Origin: Octopus vulgaris
Lineage: Eukaryota
Length of the DNA: 64,000 nucleotides
Direction: 5' to 3'
NCBI GenBank assembly: GCA_951406725.2
Contig: OX597840.1
Span: forward strand, 7,936,001-8,000,000
Position 1 is the first letter of the stretch, and each line of letters begins with the position of its first letter. This document shows, piece by piece, positions 40,684 through 55,233 of this stretch. The position numbers and the translations under genes were made by a program. The notes beneath the pieces were generated by a model. It saw nothing but the letters and a program-made list of their open reading frames with translations, ran no database searches and had not been told where the DNA came from.

Positions 40684-41079
40684 CATTGTGTTGACAGACT
40701 TGCACTTAAAATTCTTGCTTTTTTTTATCAAAACTTATCTATCATTTACATACACTCTCTCTATCTTGCTGCATTTCTATCTCAACTACTTTTTCTCCTC
40801 CCCTTAAATATATGGTGTGACAGGAGTTATCTACCCTGTTGATTCCTCCCCTTCTTCTCCACCACCTTCACATGTATCTCGTGACAGTGACAAACAGACA
40901 CGTGGAGATCAGCTTCTCTTTTACAATATAAAATTTTAGAAATTTAGATGATGGGGGTCAAAAACATTATCAACGATGCCCTTAATGGGTCAATGATATA
41001 AGAAGCTTGTTGACCCCTACTCTAATAACTTTGACATATTTACTGCTTACGTCATTCTTACTTGATCCACACAGAACTA

Positions 41080-41620
41080 ACGCTGGAAGCTGTTCAGCGA
41101 CGTGCAACCAAAAGAATACCCTCCATCAGGCATTTGCCATATCCTGAACGCCTTACTTCCCTGGGCATGGACACATTGAAACTCCGACGTCTGGCAGCTG
41201 ACTTGGCAGACACCCATAAAATTATCAACCATCGCACAAACAATAACTCTGAGCACCTCTTCAAACTCCACCCGTCTAACACCCGTGGACATATTTACAA
41301 AGTCAGAAAACAGCACAGCTCCCATGACTTTAGGAAACATTTTTTCACGCTAAGAGTTGCTGAAGCATGGAACAAACTGCCGGCATCGGTTGTTAGTTGT
41401 CGGAGCACTGCATCCTTCAAAACTTCCATGCTTCCTGAGATTCGCCAACACTACACCTGATTTTCTCCCCTCCATACACACGCAAGCATGTATCTGACTC
41501 ATACACTGTTCGCTTCCCAGGCATTTGTACATTACTGCATATGCTTTATACGCACTTTCTGACAAGTTGTGGTGCACCTGTGAACTGTATACAATAATTT
41601 CATTATTATATTATTATTAT
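41080..41620 (+). mobile_element. CR1-type LINE 3' fragment
   Basis: LEAVQRRATKRIPSIRHLPYPERL...AWNKLP; same family as 11657-13066; (ATT)n tail. Confidence 0.9.
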
Positions 41621-42098
41621 TAACAGCAGCAGCATTGAAACAGTGTCCCCCTATAATACAATACATCTTTATGCCTTACTCCCTACCTCACTCACTCCAG
41701 TAAGCCATACCTATATAACAACTCAATAATTAATTAATTTCACCCATATTTAAAAGCTTGCTCTGATAATTGATATGAAATTATCAGAGTTCCTAACTAA
41801 CAACCTGTGACCAAGTCTTATGCCATGTCAAAACCAGTCTTAGTGGTTGAACATTGTTATAATCTGTATTCCATTCCACGCATAGTTTCTGTCTCTCCTC
41901 CTCCGACACCAGCTCTATCACACTAAGTCTACTGTACCACATGGCTCTTGGAGAAAGCAGCGGGTCATGCAAATGAACTAGTGGATAACCAGCAGAAAGA
42001 GAGGAAGAGAGAGAGGGGTGGTTAGCAGGTCATAAGTTGTCATTAGCACTGTTCTGTTTGTTCATGGCCAAGACACGCTATTCAGATATAGAGATAAG

Positions 42099-42570
42099 GC
42101 GGCGAGCTGGCAGAACCGTTAGCACGCCGGGCGAAATGCATAGCTGTATTTCGTCTGCCGTTACGTTCTGAGTTCAAATTCCGCCGAGGTCGACTTTGCC
42201 TTTCATCCTTTCGGGGTCGATAAATTAAGTACCAGTTATGCACTGGGGTCGATGTAATCGACTTAATTCGTTTGTCTGTCTCCTCTGTGTTTAGCCCCTT
42301 GTGGGTAGTTAAAAATAAAATAGTAATTCCCTGTAATAAGGCGGCGAGCTGGCAGAACCATTAGCACGCCGGGCGAAATGCATAGCTGTATTTCGTCTGC
42401 CGTTACGTTCTGAGTTCAAATTCCGCCGAGGTCGACTTTGCCTTTCATCCTTTCGGGGTCAATAAATTAAGTACCAGTTACGCACTGGGGTCGATGTAAT
42501 CGACTTAATCCGTTTGCCTGTCCTTGTTTGTCTCCTCTGTGTGTAGCCCCTTGTGGGTAATAAAGAAACG
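42099..42570 (+). mobile_element. Head-to-tail dimer of two complete SINE B copies inside one TSD
   Basis: TSD gatatagagataag at 42085-42098 and 42571-42584. Confidence 0.8.
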
Positions 42571-42991
42571 GATATAGAGATAAGACCTGAAATTTTGTAC
42601 GGGGAGGGGGTTAATCAGTTAAATAGACCCCTATGCTGGTACTTATTTCATCAACCCTGAAATGTGTTGAAATGAAATTCTTTGGGGTTTGGATAATTCA
42701 CTTTTGGAAACATGGGTGTTTTGTTGAACATCCTTAAACAACCTTTTACTCAGAGACCTTTTGAGCAGGATGGGCTACTCAACCTGAAAAAATTCTAACG
42801 AGGTCCCACCTGCAAGGTCATGTGCTGTTTGTCTTGATATGAGATAACCATGTCACGCTCATATGGTTGTGATGCATGTGCCTGGTGTACCCTTATCAGA
42901 TGGGTAGTCATGATGGGTTTATTGGGCTTTGTATAATTGTACCCCAGTGTCACTTCGATGGTATGCACTGTCCCCTCACTCAATAATTATA

Positions 42992-43026
<35 letters not shown>

Positions 43027-43046
43027 ACTACTACTACTACTACTAC

Positions 43047-43085
<39 letters not shown>

Positions 43086-43087
43086 TG

Positions 43088-43118
<31 letters not shown>

Positions 43119-43132
43119 TGATAATAATAATG

Positions 43133-43170
<38 letters not shown>

Positions 43171-43970
43171 CCTTTGTACTATATGCACAAGGCCTAAAAT
43201 TCTGGGGGAAGGGACAAGTTGATTATATTGACCTGAGTCTCAACTGATATTTATTTCACCAACTCCAAAAGGATGAACGGTAAAACTGACCTCCATAGAA
43301 TTTGAACTCAGAATCTTGGGTAAGTGTCTTCTATTAAAACCCTGGGACCAATCAAAGCATTGTGAGTAGATTTGGTAGATGGAAACTATGTGGAAGTGTA
43401 TCACATATAAATATTTGCATACATGTTTTTGCGTATGTAGGCACAGATAGGGTTGTGTGGGAAGGTGCTTGCTTTGCAATCATGTGGTTTCAGGTTCAGT
43501 CCTACAGTGTGACATCTTGGACAAAAATCTTGTACTATAGCCCTGAGCTGACAAAAGATATGACTGAATTTGGTAGACGGAAACTGTGTGGAAGCCCAGT
43601 GTGTGTTTATGTGTGTGGACTGGGTTCCCATGTTCAGTCCACAGCACCATGAAGGCCTCAGCATGTTCTTTACACCAGAGAATGGTTTCAGATCATACCA
43701 GCTTGGTGAACCTACTCTACAATACTAGCTCAATATTGCTTGGCAGAGGGGTTCAGTTTTTTTTTTATACTCATCCCCAGGAGTAGGTAAGTTGATTATA
43801 TTATCCCAGTGTTCACCTGGTACTTATTTTATCGGCCCTGTAAGGATGAAAGGTAAAATTCGACCTCAGTAGAGTAGAATTTGGACTAAGAATGTAAAGA
43901 CAGGTGAAATATTAAGCAATTTGCCCAGCATGCTAACAATTCTGCCTGTTGGCCTATATATATATAATAC

Positions 43971-44354
43971 ACTAACAGTATCGCCCGGCGTTGCTCGGGT
44001 TTGTTTCGACCCTTTAGAATTGGAATTTTTGAAAAGTAAAAATTTTGCATTATGTAGCTTTAAATGAACATTTTTCTGGTTGAAATACATCGAAAAATGG
44101 CGACACAGCAGTAAAAAAATCGTTAAAAAATAGGGATTTTCATAGAAAAAAAGCACCTTTTTGATGTAAATAATTTTTGGTGTTAACAAGGTCCGATTTG
44201 AATTTTTTCTTCTACGGAATGAAGAGCAAGCCTTCTTCTATCATACTCTCAATTTTGGTCAACTTGCGTTGTGGGGTCTCGGAGGAGATAGTGTTAATTA
44301 AAGGCTACCAAACCTGCCATACACAGACAACTTCAGCTTTATATATATAGAGAT
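43971..44354 (+). mobile_element. Helentron/HINE-like element
   Basis: actaacagtatcgcccggcgttgctcggg start; acaacttcagctttatatatatagagat end. Confidence 0.65.
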
Positions 44355-44801
44355 TACACACATATGTGTATGCGTGCACATATATATATATAAGTACTGA
44401 GGTTGATTTGTTCAACTAACATCCTTCAAGTGGAGTCACTCTAGAATGGCTGGAGTCCAACGTCAGAGACAAGTAAAAGATAAAAGTAAAAGATAAACTA
44501 GATTAAAAGATAAAAGATTAAAGATTAACTAGATTTAATTAATATTACTAACCCATGAATTCTGTTGCATGACATTTGGAATGGCCATCTGGATGTTCTT
44601 GTGCGTATTTGGTGATTTCTCGGCGATGGTAAAAATATCCAATACGTGTCTTGGTATAGAGAAAATATCTAGAAAAATATAAAAGCAAAGAGTCAAGATA
44701 AATTGATGCTTACAAAATATAAGAGTTGGGGTTTATATATGTGGTTATGTGCATGTGTGTATGTATGTATGGACATACGTTTGTATGTATGCATGTATGC
44801 T

Positions 44802-44861
<60 letters not shown>

Positions 44862-45186
44862 TGTATGTATGTATGTATGTATGTATGAATGTTTGTATAT
44901 ATTTACATATATATATATGAAGACACATAGCTTAGTGGTTTGGGTGTTGCACTCATGATTGTAAGATTGTGGTTTCGATTCCCAGACCGGGTATTGCATT
45001 ATGTTCTTGAGCAAAGCCCTTCATTTCACACTGCTGTGTGATCATCTCATAATCTGACATGTGGCACATGGTGCACCTGTACAGGTAATATGATTTGATG
45101 GAGAAAGTGAGCATATGTGAACACATAGTAGTTCTCCAGGTGTGCAGATATTTGATTATGCAACTGTTTCCCTGCATTATGAGATA

Positions 45187-45561
45187 TAGCTTGCTTACCA
45201 ACCACATGGTTCCAAGTTCAGTCCCACTGCATGGAACCTTGGGCAAGTGTTTTCTGCTATAGCCCCGGGCTGACCAATGCCTTGTGAGTGAATTTGGTAG
45301 ACGGAAACTGAAAGAAGCCTGTCGTATTTATGTATATATATGTATGTGTATGTGTGTGTTTGTGTGTCTGTGTTTGTTCCCCTAGCATTGCTTGACAACC
45401 GATGCTGGTGTGTTTACGTCCCCGTCACTTAGCAGTTTGGCAAAAGAGACCGATAGAATAAGTACTGGGCTTACAAAGCCCGGGGTCGAGTTGCTCGAGT
45501 AAAGGCGGTGCTCCAGCATGGCCACAGTCAAATGACTGAAACAAGTAAAAGAGAAAAAGAG

Positions 45562-45562
<1 letters not shown>
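45187..45562 (+). mobile_element. SINE family A (5' truncated)
   Basis: Family A body and tail. Confidence 0.8.
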
Positions 45563-45599
<37 letters not shown>

Positions 45600-45995
45600 T
45601 ATATCCCTCTTCCCCTCCTCCTCCTCTTTCTCTTCATCATCATTGTTTTAATGTCCACTGTGGCCATCCTGGGGCTTCACATTCTTTTGAGTCAAACAAA
45701 CTGATCCCTATTATTTATTTTATAGTCTAGTATTTATTCTATCGGTCTCTTTTGCCAAACCGCTAAGTTACTGGGATGTAACCAAACCAACATTGGTTTT
45801 CAAGTAATGGCAGGTAGGTGACAAACGAAGATACATACATACATACACAAGAAGCTTCCACACAGTTTCCAAATCTACCAAAATCACTCACAAGGCATTG
45901 GTCAGTCCAGAGCTGTAGTAGAGGACACTTGCTCTCAAGAGACGGTACAGCAGGACTGAAGTAAAACTCACACAAACACACACAAATATGCATGT

Positions 45996-46085
<90 letters not shown>

Positions 46086-46785
46086 ACACACACACACACA
46101 CACATTGAATAATAAGTGATTGTTCTGGATATACAACATGAAGATTTGTCACAACTGGAATGTGATTTCATCAGAAGACTTGCTCAATCAAGACACCACC
46201 AACAACAAGAACAACATCAGTTGTGTCTTTTCTTTGTTTTTTGTTATGTTTTGGCATATTTCGTCTTCTGCAAATTTGAGCGTGAATTTAAAAAATTACT
46301 TTCAATATAAAAAAAACAGAATGTCTTATATTTGTGAATAGCCACAGTATCGGTTAAGTCAATTAAACTAGTATTACAAATTATAAGTGTTAAAGTTAGT
46401 AAGATAACACTCAGTTGAAATAACAGAGCTGTGTATAGTTGTTGAAATGAACAGAGAGAGACAGTCTTTCAGCATGTAAACACATACCGCCAACGACAAC
46501 AACATCAACACCACCATATACGCAGGCAGGCTCCTAGCTAATGATAGTTATTGCAGAAAGGCAAGAGGTCAATGCAATGAAAACGAAACTGCATTTGTTG
46601 ATTATTTGGGCATGTATGTGTGTATGTGTGTGTATATATAAATATATATATATGTGTGTGTACACATATATATATATACACACACACACACACATAGTTA
46701 CACACACAAATGTTTGTGAATACTTTGGTTTGTCATAGAGCTAGTTAGTGCATGTGTGTGTTTATATATGATTGTGTGTGTGTGA

Positions 46786-46834
<49 letters not shown>

Positions 46835-47000
46835 GGTATTTTAGTCAAACAAACCGCTCTAGCACTTATTTTTTTTAAAGCTTGGTACTCATTCTATTGG
46901 TCACTTTTGCTAAACTGCTAATTTATAGGGATGCAAACATACCAACACTGGTTGTCAAGCTGTTGTGGGGTGGGACAAATTTCTTATTAGACAGCCATGA

Positions 47001-47035
<35 letters not shown>

Positions 47036-47042
47036 TTACATA

Positions 47043-47099
<57 letters not shown>

Positions 47100-47107
47100 T
47101 TACACAC

Positions 47108-47150
<43 letters not shown>

Positions 47151-47151
47151 T

Positions 47152-47182
<31 letters not shown>

Positions 47183-47393
47183 AAATTATATATATATTTG
47201 GTTATTTATGTATTGGTTTATGCCTTTCACTGTTTGAGTTGCATAATAGTGGTTTTATCTCTAATTTATATTTTATATATATATATACACACATACATAT
47301 ATATATATACACACACACACACATATATATATACATACATACATACATACACAGACATGCACTGGAATGTATCTCTGTATGTGTATACTATCT

Positions 47394-47448
<55 letters not shown>

Positions 47449-47472
47449 TACACACACACATATATACATACA

Positions 47473-47517
<45 letters not shown>

Positions 47518-47583
47518 TATATATATACATACATACATACACAGACATGCGCTGGAATGTATCTCTGTATGTGTATACTATCT

Positions 47584-47636
<53 letters not shown>

Positions 47637-48361
47637 TACACACACACATATATACATACAAACACACACACACAAATGTATATACCCTGTGTGTGTCTGC
47701 TTGTGTATGTGCATGTGTGTAAGTGTGATGATAGCTTCAGTGAGTACTTGATAAAGTCATGTCTTTTACCAAATGCCAAGACATGAAGAAACCTGTTGTT
47801 TATCACAAGCTTTGGAAAGCGCTATCAAAATATGCATGTGTCACAAGATGCATGTCAGTGTGTGTGTCTGTGTGTGAGAGAGTGGGGGAGAGACAGACAG
47901 ACAGACAGAGACAAAGAGAGACAGAGGGAATATGTAGGCATGCATGCAATGAGTCTGTGGGTCTATGTAAGTGTGTATGTGTGTATGTGTGCCCTTGTAT
48001 AAAGTTTTACTTGTGTAAATTAGATTGATATCGTCTAAATAAAGATGTAAATAAAAAAATACCATGGAAAAAATATTTAAATAAAAGCACCACAAGAAAA
48101 TCAAGCAAAGTAAACAAACAATGTAACGAAGCAGGGTTCTGTTAAATGAAAACAAACGTCAACTATGAAAACAAGTGTGTGGCCAAAATGTAGATGTGCA
48201 GCAAAGTGTGAAGATAGAAACGGCAATAAGGTAATATTATTTAATGCAAGAGGTGGCGGCAATGAAGCGTTTGAAATGACACTGAAGACTCCGTCTGCAT
48301 CTTGAGATTTAAATGATGATATAGACATATACATACATTATATATTAATTTATATATTAGT

Positions 48362-48878
48362 AGGCGCAGGAGTGGCTGTGTGGTAAGTAGCTTGCTAACC
48401 AACCACATGGTTCTGGGTTCAGTCCCACTGCGTGGCATCTTGGGCAAGTGTCTTCTGCTGTAGCCCTGGGCCAACTAATGCCTTGTGAGTGGATTTGGTA
48501 GACGGAAACTGAAAGAAGCCTGTCGTATATATGTATATATATATATGTGTATGTGTGTGTGTCTCTTCTTCTGCTATAGCCCCGGGCCGACCAATGCCTT
48601 GTGAGTGGATTTGGTAGACGGAAACTGAAAGAAGCCTGTCGTATATATGTATATATATATATGTGTGTATGTGTGTGTGTCTCTGTGTTTGTCCCCCTAG
48701 CATTGCTTGACAACCGATGCTGGTGTGTTTACGTCCCCGTCACTTAGCGGTTCGGCAAAAGAGAGACCGATAGAATAAGTACTGGGCTTACAAAGAATAA
48801 GTCCCGGGGTCGATTTGCTCGACTAAAGGCGGTGCTCCAGCATGGCCGCAGTCAAATGACTGAAACAAGTAAAGAGAG
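48362..48878 (+). mobile_element. SINE family A with an internal ~115-bp duplication
   Basis: tcttctgct...gaagcctgtcg block occurs twice. Confidence 0.85.
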
Positions 48879-48879
48879 T

Positions 48880-49161
48880 TACCATCCCAGATTGAATGAA
48901 CAAGCAGAGCATTTTGCAGACATTTTTAAAAGAGCTTTGAGAAAAGCAAACAAGGAAGTCACAGATGAAGTTGCTCTGTAGCAGTTCCTAAAGATATACA
49001 GGGTAATACCAAACCCCAATACACCAGCAGGAAGCTCACCAGCAGAACTGATGTTCACCAGGAACCTCTTTATTATAGTGAAATGCATTAGTCTATTTTC
49101 AGTCATATGAGGGGTGGTCAGGATCCTTCCACAACATATATACATATACACACACACACAG

Positions 49162-49214
<53 letters not shown>

Positions 49215-49880
49215 TATGTATATGTAAAAAAATACAAACTGGGACAAGAACGTAAAACATTTAGAAGACGATAAAAAAAAACACGGACGGGACATTCGAA
49301 ACCTTCAATCTTCAGTCAAGAACCGGATCATCCTCGCAATTTCGGCTGATTAATCTTGATTGATTGCTCCGATCTGGCCAGCCCCAAAGGAAAATCTAAG
49401 CCAAGTGCATTAGATTCCTTGAATGTATACAAAACAAAGACGGAAAACCGTTACACGAATAAGAATACAAAAATACGTAAAAACAATAATGATAAAAATT
49501 AGTTTTTGATAAACTGTTATTTGGCGAGGAAAGAAAAAGTACCAGGAAAGATAATGCAAATTTTTTCAAAATTGGTGATAAAGTGTACATGAGGTCGTAT
49601 AAAAGCGGAAACAGTACTGGGAAGAAGGCAAAATTACAAAGTACACAGGAAAAAATTATGTATGGGACTAAAAACAGAAAAGGTATTGAAAAACGACACA
49701 GAAACAAATTGAGGAAAAGATTCATGGAAAATGAACCAAATGGATTAGAGCATATGGAATGGGTGAATGACACATTCCAGGTACTAACACTGGTTACAGG
49801 TAGTTGAACCCGTGAGTACAAGTGGAAGAAAAAGGAAGAACACAGAATTCCTCCAAGCAGACATCAAATAGAAAAAATAT
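48880..49880 (+). pseudogene. Ty3/Gypsy integrase C-terminal relic split by later insertions (pieces ~48880-49063 and ~49490-49880)
   Basis: YHPRLNEQAEHFADIFKRALRK...*QFLKIYRVIPNPNTPAGSSPAELMFTR, then FFKIGDKVYMRSYK; stops and frameshifts present. Confidence 0.7.
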
Positions 49881-49940
49881 TGAGTGGGAAAAAAAAAACG
49901 GTAAAAAACACAGGGGACAAACACAGACACACAAAGATAT

Positions 49941-50001
<61 letters not shown>

Positions 50002-50096
50002 CAAATAAATGAAAGAATGGAGTTGAACGACGAATTAACAAAATTCCTTTATTTTCGACATATGTTTCGAAGGCTGCATACTTCATTCAACTACTC

Positions 50097-50191
<95 letters not shown>

Positions 50192-50204
50192 CATACATAT
50201 ATAT

Positions 50205-50270
<66 letters not shown>

Positions 50271-50428
50271 GGCTTCTTTCAGTTTCTATCAACAAAATCC
50301 ACTGACAAGGCTTTGGTCAGCCTGAGGCTATAATAGAAGACACTTGCCCTAGGTGACATGCAGTGAGACTGAACCCAGAACTATGTGGTTGGGAAGCAAG
50401 CTTTTTACCACACAGCCACACCTGCGCC

Positions 50429-50483
<55 letters not shown>

Positions 50484-51444
50484 CACACATATGTGCACAC
50501 ACACACACACATAAGTGCACACACACACACACACAACAGACTTCCACACAGTTCATGTCTGTGAAATTCCTCCACAGAGCTTTGGTTGACTTTGGACTAT
50601 AAAACTGGACACTTCCCCAAGGTACTGCACAGTGAGACATGAACCTGAAACCATGTGGTTACATGCAAACCATGCATCTTAACCACAAAGCCATCTATAT
50701 ATAAATTCCGTGGAATAATGAAAAAAAAAAAATACCAAAACATCCCAAAACCACAAGAAAAAACAAACAAGTGTGAATATTCGGTAAACATTTTGGTAGG
50801 AAACAAAGTAATAATGTTTAGTGATATTAATTAATTAGTTAATGCGAGGGGCGAGACTAAACTATCATCTTTCAGTAACAGTGTTAGCTCTCTGGGTGTG
50901 TGTGTATGTGTGCGTGTGTGAGTGTGTGTGTGTGTGTCTGTGTGTGTGTGTGGGGGGTGTATTAATATGCTTTTCAATATTGGGAAACAGTTTACTTGCT
51001 TGTTTGTTGGCAGTAGCAGGAGGTGTGTACAAATATTGTTTTTATTTACTGTAATGTGGAGGGAAAGAGAGAGAGATAGAGAGAGAGAGAGAAAAAGAAA
51101 GAGAGAGAGAGAGAAAGAGAGAGAGACAGAGACAGACAGACAGACTAACAGACAGACAGAGGTAAAGACAGACAGACAGAGATACAGACAGACAGACAGG
51201 TACAGACAGACAGACAGATACAGACAGACAGACAGACAGAGGTAAAGACAGACAGACAGACAGGTACAGACAGACAGAAGGATGGAGGGAAGAGGCTGAA
51301 GAAATGAGTAGATATGATAAAAATTTGAAAAGACGAAAACAGATCATCATCATCACCATCACCATCATCATCATCATTCTCCACCACCATCACCATTCTC
51401 ATCATCCTCATGATCATTCGACGTTCATCTTTTCCATGTTGAGA

Positions 51445-51802
51445 TTGGGTAAGTCTACATGATGATGTTAGGTAGATCTACATGAGGAGAATGAGTAAGT
51501 CAATCTACATGTGACACTTGAGTAAGACCATATCTACATGTGGAGGTTAACTCAGTTTACATGTTAAAATTGGGTAGGGTCTACATGTTGAGGATGGGTA
51601 GGTGTCCATGTTGATGTTAAGTTGGCCTACATGTTGATGTTGGGTTGGTCTACCATGTTGATGTTATGTTGGTCTATATGTTGATTTCTACATGTTGAGG
51701 TTGGTCTACATGCTGATGTTGATGTTAGATTGGTCTACATGTTGATGTTTGTCTACATGTTGAGGCTGGGTACATCTACATGCCAAGGTTGGGTAGGTCT
51801 AC
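51445..51802. repeat. Degenerate ~20-25 bp minisatellite (ggtctacatgttgatgtt)
   Basis: About 15 imperfect tctacatg units. Confidence 0.75.
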
Positions 51803-51834
51803 CCTTTTCATACAGTTTCCACATCAAATGCCTA

Positions 51835-52375
51835 TTCTTTTATTCTTTGATTTGTTTCAGTCATTTCACTGCAGCCATGCTGGAGCACCACCTTTAGTCG
51901 ACCAAATCACCCCCAGGACTTATTCTTTGTAAGCCTAGTACTTATTCTATCAGTCTCTTTGCCTGAACTGCTAAGTTACAAGAACATAAACACACCAACA
52001 TCGGCTGTCAAGCTATGGTGGAAGACAAATACAGACACACAATATATATATGTACATATACATATATATATATATATACAACGGGCTTCTTTCAGTTTCT
52101 GCCTAACAAATCCACTCACAAGGCTTTGGTCGGCCTGAGGCTATAGTAGAAGGCAGTGAGCTGGCAGAAACGTTAGCGCGCTGGGCGAAATGCTTAGCAG
52201 TATTTCATCTGTCTGTACGTTCTGAGTTCAAATTCCACTGAGGTCAACTTTGCCTTTCATCCTTTCGGGGTCGATAAATTAAGTACCAGTTACGCACTGG
52301 GGTCGATGTAATCGACTTAATCCCTTTGTCTGTCCTTGTTTGTCCCCTCTATGTTTAGCCCCTTGTGGGCAATAA
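51835..52375. mobile_element. Minus-strand SINE A (51835-52150) joined to plus-strand SINE B (52150-52375)
   Basis: Matches to both family consensuses. Confidence 0.75.
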
Positions 52376-52704
52376 AAAAAAATTTTTTTAATAAAAAAAA
52401 TTTTTAAAATAATATTGGTTTCAAATTTTGGCACAAGGTCAACAATTTCAGGGGACGAGGTAAGTGTATTACATAGGGGACAGGTCAAGACAGATGAAAG
52501 GTCAAGTCAAACTGAAAGGGCTTTGAACTCAAACCATAAGGACAGATAGAATGCCAGAAAGCATTAACAATTCCACTAGCTTACCACCTTCACAAGTGGT
52601 AATAATAAAAATAATAATGAATTCAAAAAACAGTGGCCAGAGTTATTGTTGGAAAGGCAGCGAATAAAAACTTATGGGTTGCTACCAAGTCAGTGTCAGC
52701 TACT

Positions 52705-52707
<3 letters not shown>

Positions 52708-52743
<36 letters not shown>

Positions 52744-53035
52744 TCAGTATGTATGTGTGTGCTTCAGTATGTATGTGTGATTCATGTATGTGTGTGTGTG
52801 TATGTGTGCTTCAGTATGTGTGTGTGTATGTGCGCTTCAGTATGTGTGTGTGTATGTGCGCTTCAGTATGTGTGTGTGTATGTGTGCTTCAGTATGTGTG
52901 TGTGTATGTGTGCTTCAGTATGTGTGTGTGTGTGTGTGTGCGGTTCAGTATGTGTGTGTGTATGTGCGCTTCAGTATGTGTGTGTGTATGTGTGCTTCAG
53001 TATGTGTGTGCATGTGCTTCAGTGTGTGTGTGTGT
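52708..53035. repeat. (TG)n minisatellite punctuated by gcttcagtat
   Basis: About 10 gcttcagt units. Confidence 0.85.
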
Positions 53036-53174
53036 GTGAGAGAGAGAGAGTGTGTGTGTGTGTGAGTATACTTATGAATGTGTGTGTCCATCCTTGTGTA
53101 TGCGTGTGTGCATGTATTTGCTTGTGTATGCATATGTATGTGCGTGTACTTCAGTATGTGTGTGCATGTGCTTC

Positions 53175-53219
<45 letters not shown>

Positions 53220-53779
53220 GTGTGTGTGTGTGTGTGTGTTTGTGTGTGTGTGTACGTGTGTGTGTGTGTGTATGTGCACAAGGTGTCCTTGCGGTTCACT
53301 CGTTCGACTTTCACACTACTCAAACCTGCAAGGGTCTGAAGTGCACCGAAGCTGAATGCAGCGCATAATAATAATATCTTGAGGACGAACTGGCCACACA
53401 GCGGAAAAAAAAAAAAAAAAATTTTTACTACTGCTTAATAGCAGGACATGGTTAGAAACACTTAAGCATTGAACCAACAGCTCACTGCTGCTACCACCAG
53501 GAATTGCTGTCGAATGTTGTTGTCTAATGCTGTTGACAATGTCCAACCTGGATGTTGGTGTCAAGAACAGGAAGTTTGTTCCATCTGACAGCCACATACA
53601 TAACTTGTTAAGAAATATAAATAAAATCACAGAAGTAAAATAAAACAAGGCAAAACAACAAAAAAAAGTTAAAAAATGAGTCACAGCAAGACTCGTTTAC
53701 GACTTAAACATTATTTTTTGTTGTTGTTGTTTTTACATATTTTTGTCTTTATTTTTCCTCAAGTATTTACGAAATCATT

Positions 53780-54443
53780 CAATTTAGTCTTTATTGTTTA
53801 CTCTTTCACTCTTTTACTCTTTTACTGGTTTCAGTCATTTGACTGCGGCCATGCTGGAGCACCGTCTTTTAGTCGAGCAAATCGACCTCCGGGACTTATT
53901 CTTTTTGTAAGCCCAGTACTTATTCTATCGGTCTCTTTTGCCGAACCACTAAGTGACGGGGACGTAAACACACCAGCATCGGTTGTCAAGCGATGCTAGG
54001 GGGACAAACACAGACACACATACATATATATATACTCTCTTTTACTTGTTTCAGTCATTTGACTGCAGCCATGCTGGAGCACCGCCTTTAATCGAGCCAC
54101 TCGACCCCGGGACTTATTCTTTTGTAAGCCCAGTACTTATTCTATCGGTCTGTTTCACCGAACCGCTAAATGACGGGGACGTAAACACACCAGCATCAGT
54201 TGTCAAGCAATGCTAGGGAGACAAAACAAGACACACAAACACATACACACACACATATATATATATATATACATATATACGACAGGCTTCTTTCAGTTTC
54301 CGTCTACCAAATCCACTCACAAGGCTTTGGTCGGCCCGGGGCTATAGAAGAAGACACTTGCCCAAGGTGCCACGCAGTGGGACTGAACCCGGAACCATGT
54401 GGTTGGTTAGCAAGCTATTTACCACACAGCCACTCCTGCGCCT
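53780..54443 (-). mobile_element. SINE family A with a duplicated 3' half
   Basis: Tail block at ~53810-54030 repeated at ~54035-54260. Confidence 0.85.
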
Positions 54444-54525
54444 ATACTGTTTATTACTATTACTATTATTATCATCATCATCATTATTATTATTATTATT
54501 ATTATTATTCACCATCACCATCACC

Positions 54526-54557
<32 letters not shown>

Positions 54558-54584
54558 TAATTATTATTATTATTAATATCATCA

Positions 54585-54685
<101 letters not shown>

Positions 54686-54971
54686 GTCTTTGGTTCTTAA
54701 ATACTTTTTCTTTCATTTCAATTTTTTTATTATTTTTTGTTCTCATTTTTTAAAAATACTTTTTTTTTGTTTTTTAGCTATATTCCTTCTCCACCTACAA
54801 TTTTGCAGTTCTAGTCCCTCGAGTCACCAAATTTCTTTTAGTTCTCCCCGTGTGGAAACGATCACAAAAAAAGGCTTGAAGTATTAATAAACTGGTTCTG
54901 TTGAAGATATATATTTATATAAAATTAAACACACATATGTACGTATATATATATATGTTACTATGTGTGTG

Positions 54972-55031
<60 letters not shown>

Positions 55032-55184
55032 TATATGTGTGTGTACATATGTGTACATATATATATAAATACAAATATATATATGTGTGCATTTATATAT
55101 ACATACATATATATAAATATACACTCACACCCATACACGTGTGTGTATATGTATATTTATATATATATATGTATATATGAATGT

Positions 55185-55233
<49 letters not shown>

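Noticed and set aside
54795-54887. Plus-strand acceptor-like site with a short open frame (also at ~40820)
   Set aside because: Isolated, with no partner exons; shows the chance rate of such matches and is a caution for the minus-strand candidates
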